Assembly: GCA_963822445.1 (NCBI GenBank)
Contig: CAWGHO010000002.1
Span: 2,016,001-2,080,000 of the forward strand
Source: an uncultured Acidobacteriota bacterium
Lineage (GTDB): Bacteria > Acidobacteriota > Thermoanaerobaculia > Gp7-AA8
Reading direction: 5' to 3'
DNA length: 64,000 bases
Within the stretch, counting starts at the first letter, position 1, and every line of letters starts with the position of its first letter. Of this stretch, positions 1-9,321 are shown one piece after another. The notes beneath the pieces were generated by a model. It saw only the letters and a list, made by a program, of their open reading frames with translations. It did no database searches and had not been told where the DNA came from. Made by a program: the position numbers and the translations under genes.

Positions 1-270
1 TGGCAGATATTCTCCCTCACGAACGTATCCGAGAAGATCGCGGGCCTCGGCAATCCGTGCGCGATCCAGCGCGGCAGTGAAGCGTTCGCCGCGACCTGGA
101 CGCACAAGACGATCTTCAACTACCGCGGACTCATCGAGATGTTCGAGGTCCACGGCTTCCGCGACATCGCCATGAGCGGGGCCGGCTACTTCCCGTTGCC
201 GGCGCGGCTCGGCACTCTCGATGTGCGCCACAGCGCGTTCATCACCATCGGTGCGCGGAAGGAAAAATAG
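1..270 (+). CDS. 3' end of a probable class I SAM-dependent methyltransferase (partial)
   Basis: Frame 1 is open from base 1 to TAG at 268-270 (WQIFSLTNVS...HKTIFNYRGLIEMFEVHGF...ITIGARKEK). The H-x3-F...L-x6-GF pattern resembles methyltransferase C-termini; the SAM motif is outside the window. Confidence 0.45.
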   Translation, partial: WQIFSLTNVSEKIAGLGNPCAIQRGSEAFAATWTHKTIFNYRGLIEMFEVHGFRDIAMSGAGYFPLPARLGTLDVRHSAFITIGARKEK

Positions 271-303
271 GCAGGCCGGCTTCCCGAGTAAAATGGCCGC
301 CCT

Positions 304-1017
304 GTGATGGTCCCTCAACTCAAAATATCCATTTACGCCGACGGTGCCGACGTGCGCGACATGATTGCCGCCCGCGACGGCGGCCTCGTGAAAGGCTTCA
401 CCACCAACCCGACCCTGATGCGGAAGTGCGGCGTCGCCGATTACGCCGCATTTGCCCGCGAGGCGTTGGACGCAACCGGCGGGATGCCGATCTCCTTCGA
501 AGTCTTCGCCGACGACTTCGACGAGATGGAGCGCCAGGCGAAGCTCATCGCCACCTGGGGCGAGCCGGTCTTCGTGAAGATCCCCATCACGAACACGAAA
601 GGGGAGTCGGCCATCCCGCTGATCAAACGGCTCGCCGATGCAGGCGTAAAGCTGAACGTGACCGCGATTCTCACCCTCGATCAGGTTCGGGCAGTGGTCG
701 ACGCGCTGAATCCCGATATTCCCGCGATCGTCTCCGTGTTCGCGGGGCGCATCGCCGATACCGGTCGCGATCCCGTTCCACTCATGCGAGAGGCCGCTGA
801 GATCTGCGCCGCGAAACCAAAAGCGGAACTGCTCTGGGCCAGTCCTCGCGAGTTGCTGAACATCTTTCAGGCCGAGGAGTGCGGCTGCCGCATCATCACC
901 GTCACGTCGGACATCCTCAAGAAGCTGGCCATGGTCGGCAAGTCGCTCGACGAGCTGTCGCTGGACACGGTGAAGATGTTCTACAACGACGCCTCCGCGG
1001 CCGGATTCAAGCTGTGA
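304..1017 (+). CDS. tal: Transaldolase (short family)
   Basis: IYADGAD, GFTTNPTLM, VKIP Schiff-base Lys, LLWASPRE. Start is GTG 304 or ATG 307. Confidence 0.9.
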   Translation: MMVPQLKISIYADGADVRDMIAARDGGLVKGFTTNPTLMRKCGVADYAAFAREALDATGGMPISFEVFADDFDEMERQAKLIATWGEPVFVKIPITNTKGESAIPLIKRLADAGVKLNVTAILTLDQVRAVVDALNPDIPAIVSVFAGRIADTGRDPVPLMREAAEICAAKPKAELLWASPRELLNIFQAEECGCRIITVTSDILKKLAMVGKSLDELSLDTVKMFYNDASAAGFKL

Positions 1018-2015
1018 TCGTCACGCGCACGCCTTTCCGGGTCACCCTCGGCGGCGGCGGAACCGATCTTCCCTCGTACTACTCGCAGCATGGCGGCTTC
1101 ATCTTCGCGATGGGCCTCGACAAATACATGTACGTGACGGTGAACCGCCCGACCGTCGGCCGGAAGATCCGCCTGCATTACTCGCAGAGCGAAGTCGTCG
1201 ATCACGTCTCCGAGCTGCGCCACGAGCTGGCCCGCGAGGCCCTGCGCGCGCACGGGATCGAGCACAGCTTCGAGGTCGCCTCGATCGCTGACCTGCCCGC
1301 CGGCACCGGCCTCGGCTCGTCGAGTTGCTACCTCGTCGGTCTCCTCAACGCCCTTCATCACGACCGCCGCGACTACGTTCCGCTGCAGTCGCTCGCCGAA
1401 GAGGCCTGCCGCATCGAGCTGGAGATCCTGAAGCAGCCGATCGGCAAGCAGGATCAGTACATGGCTTCCTACGGCGGCCTGACCGTGCTCGAGATCGCGC
1501 GTGACGGCGCGGTGGCGGTTCGCCAGTTGCGGCCCAGCAGCAGCGACATCGCAGAGATGGTCGCGCACACGCACATCTACTACACCGGCTCGCAGCGCGA
1601 CGCGCGCGAAGTTCTGCACGAGCAGAACATGGCCATGCACAAGAAGGACGGCACCGACCACGCGCGTGTTTCGGAGAGCCTCCAGCGGATTCAGGACCTC
1701 GGCTACCGGATCCTCGAAGCCATCGAAAACTCGAACTTCGATCGCTGGGGCGAGCTCCTGCACGAGCATTGGACGAGCAAAAAGAAAATGTCCTCGAAGA
1801 TCTCGCTGACGAAGGTGGATGAGATCTATGACGAGGTGCGCGATCGCTTCGGCGTGCTCGGTGGAAAGATCATCGGCGCGGGCGGCGGCGGATTTCTGAT
1901 GCTGTACTGCCCGGCCCATCACGGCTCGCTCGAGCGATTCATGGAAGACCAGGACATGCCGCGCATGCACTACACCATCGAGCCCGAGGGGACGAAGGTC
2001 GTGGCGCAGACGTGA
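1014..2015 (+). CDS. hddA: D-glycero-alpha-D-manno-heptose-7-phosphate kinase (GHMP kinase)
   Basis: RTPFRVTLGGGGTD, PAGTGLGSSS, GKQDQY, GAGGGGF. GTG start overlaps the tal stop (GTGA). Confidence 0.85.
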   Translation: MIVTRTPFRVTLGGGGTDLPSYYSQHGGFIFAMGLDKYMYVTVNRPTVGRKIRLHYSQSEVVDHVSELRHELAREALRAHGIEHSFEVASIADLPAGTGLGSSSCYLVGLLNALHHDRRDYVPLQSLAEEACRIELEILKQPIGKQDQYMASYGGLTVLEIARDGAVAVRQLRPSSSDIAEMVAHTHIYYTGSQRDAREVLHEQNMAMHKKDGTDHARVSESLQRIQDLGYRILEAIENSNFDRWGELLHEHWTSKKKMSSKISLTKVDEIYDEVRDRFGVLGGKIIGAGGGGFLMLYCPAHHGSLERFMEDQDMPRMHYTIEPEGTKVVAQT

Positions 2016-2018
2016 TTT

Positions 2019-2993
2019 TCACGGTCCGCTGGACCGGAGAGCGATCGGACCCTCTTCCGCAAACACGTAATCGATCACGAACAGCGGCCTGCGTTTGACC
2101 TCGATGTAGATGCGGCCGAGGTACTCGCCCATGATGCCGAGGATGATCAGGATCAGACCGCTGAGGAAAAAGAGGCCCACGGCGAGCGTCGCCAGACCGG
2201 GCGTTTCTTCAGGCGTGTGGCCAAGGACGTAAAGCCCGAACGTCCGGATGACGATGAAGTAGATGCCGGTGAGAAACGACGGGATGGCGATCAGGAAGCC
2301 GAGGTAGCTCGCCAGGCGGAGCGGGACCATCGAGAAACTGAACAGGCCATCGACCGCGAGCTTGATCAGGCCCTTGAACGTGTAGCTCGGCGTCCCCGCG
2401 AAACGCTCGTGACGCTCGTAGGCAATGCCGATCTGGCGGAACCCGACATACGCGCGCAGCCCCCGGATGAAGCGGACCTGTTCAGGCAGCGCGAAGTTCA
2501 GCGCGTCCACGACCTTCCGGTCCATCAGACAGAAATCGCCGGAGTCGAGGGGGATGTCGATGTCGCTGATCAGGTGCAGCGCGCGATAGAACGTCGCGTA
2601 GGCGATCCGCATCGGCAGCGATTCCTTCCGCTGCTGCCGGATGCCGAACACGACCTCGTAGCCCTCCCGCCACTTGGCGACGAACTTGTGGAGCTCCTCC
2701 GGCGGATCCTGGAGGTCGCCGTCCATCACGATCACCGCTGCGCCCCGGGCCTGCTGGATGCCGGCGGAGATGGCCGCCTGATGGCCGAAATTGCGGGACA
2801 GCTTGACGATGCGGACGTGCGGATCGCGCCTTGCCGCTTCCATCAGCAGCGCCAGAGAGCCGTCGCGCGAGCCGTCGTCGACCAGTACGAGCTCGAAGTC
2901 GTCGCCCCATGTACGCCCGGCTGCGAGCGTCCGCTCCAGCAACTGCGGGATCACGGGCTCCTCGTTGTGGATGGGAATGACGACTGAGATCAC
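2019..2993 (-). CDS. GT2 polyprenol-phosphate glycosyltransferase (GtrB/ArnC-like)
   Basis: VDDGSRD, LSRNFGHQAA, MDGDLQDPPE, two C-terminal TM helices, GEYLGRIY. Confidence 0.88.
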   Translation of the reverse strand: MISVVIPIHNEEPVIPQLLERTLAAGRTWGDDFELVLVDDGSRDGSLALLMEAARRDPHVRIVKLSRNFGHQAAISAGIQQARGAAVIVMDGDLQDPPEELHKFVAKWREGYEVVFGIRQQRKESLPMRIAYATFYRALHLISDIDIPLDSGDFCLMDRKVVDALNFALPEQVRFIRGLRAYVGFRQIGIAYERHERFAGTPSYTFKGLIKLAVDGLFSFSMVPLRLASYLGFLIAIPSFLTGIYFIVIRTFGLYVLGHTPEETPGLATLAVGLFFLSGLILIILGIMGEYLGRIYIEVKRRPLFVIDYVFAEEGPIALRSSGP

Positions 2994-3016
2994 CGGGGTA
3001 ACATAACCCCCTCGCC

Positions 3017-4336
3017 ATGGCCCCTCAACTCAAAATGTCGAAACGATCGATCGGCATCCTCGGCGGCGGCATCTCCGGAATCGCGCTCGCCGCTCATCTC
3101 GGCGAGGACGTCGAGGTCGTCGAGAAGAGCTCCCGCATCGGCGGCTTGTGCGGCACGATCGTCGAGGACGGCTTCACCTTCGACGCGGCAGGCCCGCACA
3201 TCATGTTCAGCAAGAACAAGGAAGTCCTGAACCTGATGATCAGCGTCCTCGGCGACAACGTCCATCAGAACCGCCGCGAGAACCGCATCTACTTCAAAGG
3301 GAACCTGGTCAAGTATCCCTTCGAGAACGACCTGGCCGCGCTGCCGAAGCAGGACAACTTCGAGTGCATTTACGAGTACATCGTCAATCCGCGGGCCGGT
3401 GAGACTCCGGCGAGTCTCGCGGACTGGTCCTACGCGACCTTCGGCGCCGGGATCTCGGAGAAGTACTTCATCCCCTACAACCGCAAGATCTGGAACTACG
3501 ACCCGCAGAAGATCGGGCTCGAGTTCGTGTCCCGCATTCCGAAGCCGCCGATGGAAGACGTGCTGAAGTCTTCGATCGGCATTTCGACCGAGGGGTATCT
3601 GCATCAGTTGTACTACTCGTATCCGACCCATGGCGGATTCGAGTCGATCGTGAAGGCCTTCGCCGAGCGGGTCAAAGGCGACATCCGGACGAACTGGGCG
3701 GTCGCGTCAGTCGAGAAAGACGGGAACGGTTGGCGGGTGACGTCGGCGGATGGCGACGAGCGGCATTACGAGACGCTCGTGTCGACGTTGCCGATTCACG
3801 AACTGCTGAAAGTCTGGAAAGACGCGCCGGCGGCGGCACACGAAACCGCGGCGAAGCTCCGGTACAACTCGCTGGTCAACATCCTCATCGGCTGCAACAC
3901 CGATCCCGGTCACAACTACACGGCGCTGTACGTCCCCGATCCGGAGATCATGTTTCACCGGCTCTCCTTTCCGAAGGCATTCGGCGAACAATGCGTGCCG
4001 CCGGGCGGCTCGTCGATCATGGCCGAGATCACGACGAACGAAGGCGATGGCATCTGGGAGACGAGCGATGACGCGCTGATCGCGCGGGCCGTCGACGAGA
4101 TCGAGCGGATCGGCTTTGTCGATCGCCAGAGCATCGTGTACACGCGGGTCGTCCGTTTTCTCTACGGCTACCCGGTCTACGACCTCGAGTACCGCCGTAA
4201 TGTCACGGAGATGCGCGAAGCCGTCGCGGCGACGGGATTGCGCCTTCTCGGGCGGTTCGCGCAGTTCGACTACATCAACTCGGACGTGTGCATCGAGAGG
4301 GCGCTGGCCATGGCCGGCGAGCTTCGCGATGCGTGA
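3017..4336 (+). CDS. FAD-dependent oxidoreductase (protoporphyrinogen oxidase / UDP-galactopyranose mutase-like family)
   Basis: GGGISG dinucleotide motif, RIGGLC, GFTFDAAGPH, C-terminal LGRFAQFDYINSD. Alternative start ATG 3035. Confidence 0.75.
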   Translation: MAPQLKMSKRSIGILGGGISGIALAAHLGEDVEVVEKSSRIGGLCGTIVEDGFTFDAAGPHIMFSKNKEVLNLMISVLGDNVHQNRRENRIYFKGNLVKYPFENDLAALPKQDNFECIYEYIVNPRAGETPASLADWSYATFGAGISEKYFIPYNRKIWNYDPQKIGLEFVSRIPKPPMEDVLKSSIGISTEGYLHQLYYSYPTHGGFESIVKAFAERVKGDIRTNWAVASVEKDGNGWRVTSADGDERHYETLVSTLPIHELLKVWKDAPAAAHETAAKLRYNSLVNILIGCNTDPGHNYTALYVPDPEIMFHRLSFPKAFGEQCVPPGGSSIMAEITTNEGDGIWETSDDALIARAVDEIERIGFVDRQSIVYTRVVRFLYGYPVYDLEYRRNVTEMREAVAATGLRLLGRFAQFDYINSDVCIERALAMAGELRDA

Positions 4337-5072
4337 GCGGGAGCACTACCTCTACCACGAGGACGTCAACGAGGCGCTGCTGAGACTCTGGGGAAAACGG
4401 ACCGGCCTGCGCGTGCTCGACGTCGGTTGCGGCTTCGCCACGACCAGCGCGCGGATTCAGAAGCTCGGCAACGACGTGACGGGAATCGACGCCAGTCCGG
4501 AAATCGTCAGCGTCGCGCGCCAGCGGCTCGGTCGAGTCGTGCACGCGGACCTCGAAGACTTCGAAACGGTCGCCGCGGAGTTGGGGTCGGTCACGTTCGA
4601 CGTCGTGATCTTCGCGGACGTTCTCGAGCATCTGGTCTGGCCGGTTAGCACGCTGCGCCGGTACCTGCGGTTCCTTCGAGACGGTGGCACGGTCATCGTC
4701 TCGCTGCCGAACGTCGGTCTCTGGTCCGTGCGATTCGGCCATCTCTTCGGCAATTGGGACTACGCCGAGACCGGCGTGCTCGATCGCACGCATCTGCGGT
4801 TCTTCACGCGAAAGAGCGCGAAGTGGCTGCTCGATCAAGCCGGGCTGGAACCCATTCGGACGACGTACAACCCCGGGCTCGTGCGTCCGTTGGTGCCGCT
4901 GGCCAAGAAGTTTCTCGCGCCGGGCGAGAGTTCCGATCCGTCCGCGCTCATGAATTCGACGCCGTACCGGCTCTATCTCAGGACGATTCATCCGATCGAG
5001 CGCACCATCGCTTCGCTCTGGCCGGGGATGCTCGCATTTCAGATGATCTACGAGGCGAAACGGAAAGCATGA
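4329..5072 (+). CDS. Class I SAM-dependent methyltransferase
   Basis: VLDVGCG, FDVVIFADVLEHL, LDRTHLRFFT. ATG 4329 overlaps the upstream gene end. Confidence 0.85.
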   Translation: MREREHYLYHEDVNEALLRLWGKRTGLRVLDVGCGFATTSARIQKLGNDVTGIDASPEIVSVARQRLGRVVHADLEDFETVAAELGSVTFDVVIFADVLEHLVWPVSTLRRYLRFLRDGGTVIVSLPNVGLWSVRFGHLFGNWDYAETGVLDRTHLRFFTRKSAKWLLDQAGLEPIRTTYNPGLVRPLVPLAKKFLAPGESSDPSALMNSTPYRLYLRTIHPIERTIASLWPGMLAFQMIYEAKRKA

Positions 5073-5725
5073 AACTGACGGTCTCGATGATCACCATGAA
5101 CGAGGAGGGTGCCGTCGCGAAGGTGGTGAAGGACATTCGCGCGGTCGCACCGGACGCGGAGATTCTGCTCGTCGATTCGAGCAAGGACCGCACAGCGGAA
5201 ATCGCCGAAGGGCTGGGTTGCCGGGTGATCAAGCAGTTCCCGCCGCAGGGCTACGGGCCGGCAATGGACCGCGCGGTGCGCGAGGCCTCGGGCGACATCG
5301 TGGTTACCCTCGACTGCGACGACACGTATCCGGTCGAAGTCATCCCGCAGCTCGTGAAAATGATCGACGAGGGCTACGACCTGGTGAACACGACCCGCGT
5401 GCACAAGCGCCCGAAGGCGATGCCCTTCGCGAATTTCATCGCCAACCGCGTCTTCGCCCTCGGCGCGAGGATCCTCCACGGGATCAAGACCACCGACGTG
5501 CACAGCGGCATGCGCGCGTATCGCAAGTCGATGATCGACGCCGTGAAGTGGACGGCCAAAGGGGCCGCGCTGCCGGTGGACATGCTGATCATTCCGTTCC
5601 GGCGCGGCTACAAAGTGGCCGAGGTGAAGATCGATTACCGGGAACGGATCGGCGATACGACCCTGCACCGGTGGTCGAGCACGATCTGGACGTTCAGGCG
5701 GCTATGGAACGCGCGTCGAGCTTGA
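5069..5725 (+). CDS. GT2 glycosyltransferase, DPM1-like (polyprenol-phosphate sugar synthase)
   Basis: MNEEGAV, LVDSSKD, QGYG, LDCDDTYP, DVHSGMRAY, YRERIG. ATGA overlap with the previous stop. Confidence 0.85.
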   Translation: MKLTVSMITMNEEGAVAKVVKDIRAVAPDAEILLVDSSKDRTAEIAEGLGCRVIKQFPPQGYGPAMDRAVREASGDIVVTLDCDDTYPVEVIPQLVKMIDEGYDLVNTTRVHKRPKAMPFANFIANRVFALGARILHGIKTTDVHSGMRAYRKSMIDAVKWTAKGAALPVDMLIIPFRRGYKVAEVKIDYRERIGDTTLHRWSSTIWTFRRLWNARRA

Positions 5726-5736
5726 TTCGCTCCCTG

Positions 5737-5842
5737 AGTTCACCCCGCGCGAAGACGCGGGGTCAACGGAGCAGCCTTCGTGACGTGTGCACCGTGCGTT
5801 GCCGGTGCGCCATTGACCCCGCGTCTGCGCGCGGGGTGAACT
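5737..5842. repeat. REPIN-like inverted doublet of a 30-nt palindromic unit
   Basis: 5737-5766 AGTTCACCCCGCGCGAAGACGCGGGGTCAA and 5813-5842 TTGACCCCGCGTCTGCGCGCGGGGTGAACT are reverse complements at 29/30; each arm is itself a hairpin. Confidence 0.9.
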
Positions 5843-5855
5843 GGGGAAGCCGCCG

Positions 5856-6527
5856 ATGACCAGAGTCGCCATCCTCTGCGGCGGCTTCGGCACCCGCCTC
5901 GGCGAGCTGACCCGCGGCCTGCCCAAGCCGATGATCGAGATCGGAAGCCGGCCCTATCTCGAACGGGTCATCGACTCTTTCGCGGAGCGCGGCCTTCGCG
6001 ATTTCGTTCTGCTCACCGGTCACCGCGCGGAGGTAATCGAAGGGCACTTCGGCGACGGCTCGCGCTTCGGCGTGACCATCGCCTACAGCCGCGAGACCGA
6101 GCCGCTCGGCACGGGCGGGGCGTTGCGCGAGGCCCGCGACCTCCTCGGCGACCGGTTCATTCTCACCTTCGGCGATGTGCTCCGCCGCTTCGACTACGAT
6201 CGCTTCGTGGAGCAGCACATCGGCAACTGCCTCGCGGTCTACCCGCGGCGCACCAGCGGCAACGCGGATGTCGCGGAAGGCCACGTCGTCCGCTTCTGCA
6301 AGCACGCGCCGGAGCTGCCGTACGTCGACGCGGGGTTCGCGGTGATGCTGGCGGGAACGATCGATCTGCTGCCCGAAGCGGGGCCATGCTCGTTTGAAGA
6401 AGTCGTGTACGCGAACCTGGCCGAGCACGGGAGCCTCGAAGCGGAGATCGTCGATCACGACTTCTTCGACATCGGCACGCCGGAAGAGCTGGCGGCGACG
6501 CGCGCGGCACTGGAGACCGATTCTTGA
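5856..6527 (+). CDS. Sugar-1-phosphate nucleotidyltransferase (HddC-like heptose-1-P guanylyltransferase)
   Basis: ILCGGFGTRL, PKPM, EPLGTGGAL, FFDIGTPE; lies in the hddA/gmhA/gmhB context. Confidence 0.8.
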   Translation: MTRVAILCGGFGTRLGELTRGLPKPMIEIGSRPYLERVIDSFAERGLRDFVLLTGHRAEVIEGHFGDGSRFGVTIAYSRETEPLGTGGALREARDLLGDRFILTFGDVLRRFDYDRFVEQHIGNCLAVYPRRTSGNADVAEGHVVRFCKHAPELPYVDAGFAVMLAGTIDLLPEAGPCSFEEVVYANLAEHGSLEAEIVDHDFFDIGTPEELAATRAALETDS

Positions 6528-7483
6528 GAATTCTCGTGACCGGCGCGGCCGGTTTCATCGCCTCGAACCTCATTCCCCGCCTGCTCGCGCGCGGCGATGT
6601 CGTAGCCGGCGCCGACAACTTCTTCCTCGGCAAGCGGGCCTACGTCGCGAAGCATCCCAACTTTCACTTTCACGAGATGGATCTGCTCGATCTCGATGGC
6701 TTGATCGCGCTGATGAGCGACTTCAAGCCGGATCGCGTCTGGCATCTCGCCGCGAACAGCGACATCAGCTACGGAACGAGGTACACCGACTTCGATCTCA
6801 AGGGCGGCACGCTGGTCACGTACAACGTGCTGGAAGCCATGCGCCGCACGGACGTGAAAGAGATCGTCTTCTCCAGCAGCGGGGCGGTCTACGGCGAGCC
6901 GACGGTCATGCCGACGCCCGAGGATTACGGGCCGATTCTGCCGATCTCGCTTTATGCGGCGAGCAAGGCCGCCTGCGAGGCGCTGATCACCGCGTACGCG
7001 CACAACTACGATCAGTACGCGTGGATCTACCGCTTTGGAAACATCGTCGGTCCCAACCCGACCCATGGCGTGATTCACGACTTCGTGCTCCGCCTCCGCG
7101 AGGAGAAAACAAAACTGACCGTGCTTGGCGACGGCTCGCAGGCCAAGCCGTACGTGTACGTCGAGGATTGCCTCGACGGCATGGAGTTCGGCGTCGCCAA
7201 CGTCAGGGAGCACATCAACTACTACAACCTCGCCGTCGACGATCAGACCTCCGTCCGGGAGATCACCGACTGGACGATCGAAGCCATGGGCATCGACCGC
7301 AACACCATCGACGTGCAGTACGGCGACAGCCCGCGCGGCTGGCGCGGCGACGTCCCGCAGGTAAAGCTCGACACGCGGAAGATGACCGCGCTGGGCTGGC
7401 GGCCGACGCTCTCCAGCAACGAATCTGTTCGGCGGACGATCGTCGAGGTGGTCGAGCAGTTCCGGAGCGGACCGCTGACATGA
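6524..7483 (+). CDS. NAD-dependent epimerase/dehydratase (extended SDR)
   Basis: TGAAGFIA, SSGAVYG, YAASK, RFGNIVGP. TTG start overlaps the previous stop. Confidence 0.88.
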   Translation: MRILVTGAAGFIASNLIPRLLARGDVVAGADNFFLGKRAYVAKHPNFHFHEMDLLDLDGLIALMSDFKPDRVWHLAANSDISYGTRYTDFDLKGGTLVTYNVLEAMRRTDVKEIVFSSSGAVYGEPTVMPTPEDYGPILPISLYAASKAACEALITAYAHNYDQYAWIYRFGNIVGPNPTHGVIHDFVLRLREEKTKLTVLGDGSQAKPYVYVEDCLDGMEFGVANVREHINYYNLAVDDQTSVREITDWTIEAMGIDRNTIDVQYGDSPRGWRGDVPQVKLDTRKMTALGWRPTLSSNESVRRTIVEVVEQFRSGPLT

Positions 7484-9321
7484 GCCAGGTCCGGATCGCG
7501 ATCGCGTTGGCGATCAGCGGCGCTACGGCGCGGCTCGTCATGATGCAGTGGCTTCATCCACTCAACATCGACGAGCGGGAGTTCTACCGTGCCGCGCGTT
7601 GGATTGCCGAAGGACGCCTGCCGTTCCGCGACTTCTGGGAACACCACACGCCGTTCTCCTGGTTCGTCTACGCGCCATTCACGCTGCTGACCGACAGCCC
7701 CGGCGTGGCCGCGGTACTGGTGATGCGCTGGGTGCAGGTGCCGGTGTGGATCGCGACCTTCTGGCTCGTCAATGTCTGGATGCGCAACGCCGGCGTGGAG
7801 CGGTTCGCACGCTGGAGCGCGATGACCTTGGCGCTCTGCAGCTCGTTTCTGATGCTGCCGGCGGTGGAGTTCCGTGTCGATCCGCTGGCCTGCATGTGTT
7901 TCATGGCTGCGCTCGTCTGTTTGCAGAGGTCGGCGTTCCTGGGCGCAGGCATCGCCTTGGGCCTGGCGGTGTTGACGAACCTCCGCCTCGTTCCGCTCGT
8001 CGCCGTCACCACGCTGGTGCTGCTGATCGCGGACACGCAGGAGCGGACCTGGCGTGCCGCGGCGCAGCGCGTACGGGTCATCGCCGGCGGCGCCATCACG
8101 GCCGCGGCCGCAGCGATGTACTTCGTGGTCACCGGCTCGTGGTCGGCGATGGTCCGCTATCTCTATATCGAGAACACGATCGGCTATGGGGAAGCGCAGC
8201 TGGTCGGGATGATCGGTGGCGGCGTGCACCGCTTCCTCCTCGTGCCTTTCGGCATTCGCATCATCACCACCGATCGATTTTTCGACGTGGCGGCCATCGA
8301 TGTTGGCGGAGCGACGCTGCTGATTCTGAGCTACATCGGCCTGGTGCGGGCCATCCGCTCGTGGCGTACTCCCGATGATTTCTGGGTGCTGGCCTTCGTA
8401 CAGACCGTCAATCTCGTCGTCGTCCTGGGGTTGCCCTTCATTCACAACTACCACACCGAGCTTTTCGGGGTGTTGATGATTCCACTGGCGGCGTTGGTCA
8501 TCGCGCGCATTCCGCGCCGGGCGATGGTGATGGCCGTGCTCGCGCTGGCGTGGTGCGTCAGTCTCTTCGCGTCGCTGTTCCGCGGGAAGGAGCTCGATCT
8601 CGCATATCAGGACCTCATCCTTCGGGAGGTCCATGCACGCACGCGGCCGGGCGACAAGGTCTGGAGCGGAATGGTCTGGTCGCTGCGACGTGAGCCGGCG
8701 TATCACTTCTGGTTCCTTCCCGGCATCGTGCGGCCGCTGGTGAGGCTCGGGCACGCACCGCCGTACGTACCCGTCGAGCCGCCCGCAGCCGTCGTGGCCG
8801 ACTTCTGGTCCCTCGGCTGGTTCATCACCGTGCAGCCCGATGTCGGGCTCTACTTCATCCGGCACTACATGCCGGTATGGCACGACCTCTGGCTTCCCGG
8901 GCTAAACGCGCGACTGCGACCGAACACCGAGCCGGCGCAGTGGGCCGTGCCGATGGACGGGACGTATCGGGTGTACGTCTCGCGCGAGCTGGCCCGGCAT
9001 CGCTGGTACCGCAGGCCGATGTCCGTCGCGGCGGTGGAGGCTACGTACTCGCCGTATCTGGCGTTCACGTTGCCTGACCCGGGATCGGACGCGCGCGTGC
9101 AGTGGTGGATCGACGGAAAACCGGTCGTCCCCGGAGAGGCTGTCGATCTGCGTCGCGGACAACGCGTTGCGGCGGCGCTGCGGGAAGGCGAGCCCGTGGC
9201 TGTGCTTCTCTTGCGCGGCGACGACCGCAAGCTGTTCCGGCTGCCACCGCCCGGGATCTCGCTCGAGGGTTCAGCTTCGAAGGTCACGCACGTTCCGCAA
9301 TTCGGAGTGCGGATCGAATGA
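7480..9321 (+). CDS. Polytopic membrane protein, GT-C-like glycosyltransferase with a C-terminal soluble domain
   Basis: NIDEREF after TM1 and G-x-LPFRDFWEHHTP loop, RVD motif, many hydrophobic segments. ATG 7480 overlaps the upstream stop. Confidence 0.65.
   Translation: MSQVRIAIALAISGATARLVMMQWLHPLNIDEREFYRAARWIAEGRLPFRDFWEHHTPFSWFVYAPFTLLTDSPGVAAVLVMRWVQVPVWIATFWLVNVWMRNAGVERFARWSAMTLALCSSFLMLPAVEFRVDPLACMCFMAALVCLQRSAFLGAGIALGLAVLTNLRLVPLVAVTTLVLLIADTQERTWRAAAQRVRVIAGGAITAAAAAMYFVVTGSWSAMVRYLYIENTIGYGEAQLVGMIGGGVHRFLLVPFGIRIITTDRFFDVAAIDVGGATLLILSYIGLVRAIRSWRTPDDFWVLAFVQTVNLVVVLGLPFIHNYHTELFGVLMIPLAALVIARIPRRAMVMAVLALAWCVSLFASLFRGKELDLAYQDLILREVHARTRPGDKVWSGMVWSLRREPAYHFWFLPGIVRPLVRLGHAPPYVPVEPPAAVVADFWSLGWFITVQPDVGLYFIRHYMPVWHDLWLPGLNARLRPNTEPAQWAVPMDGTYRVYVSRELARHRWYRRPMSVAAVEATYSPYLAFTLPDPGSDARVQWWIDGKPVVPGEAVDLRRGQRVAAALREGEPVAVLLLRGDDRKLFRLPPPGISLEGSASKVTHVPQFGVRIE

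Noticed and set aside
6394-7479. N-terminal 362 aa of the 975-aa ORF
   Set aside because: It overlaps the epimerase in another frame; the real start is ATG 7480, coupled to the epimerase stop.
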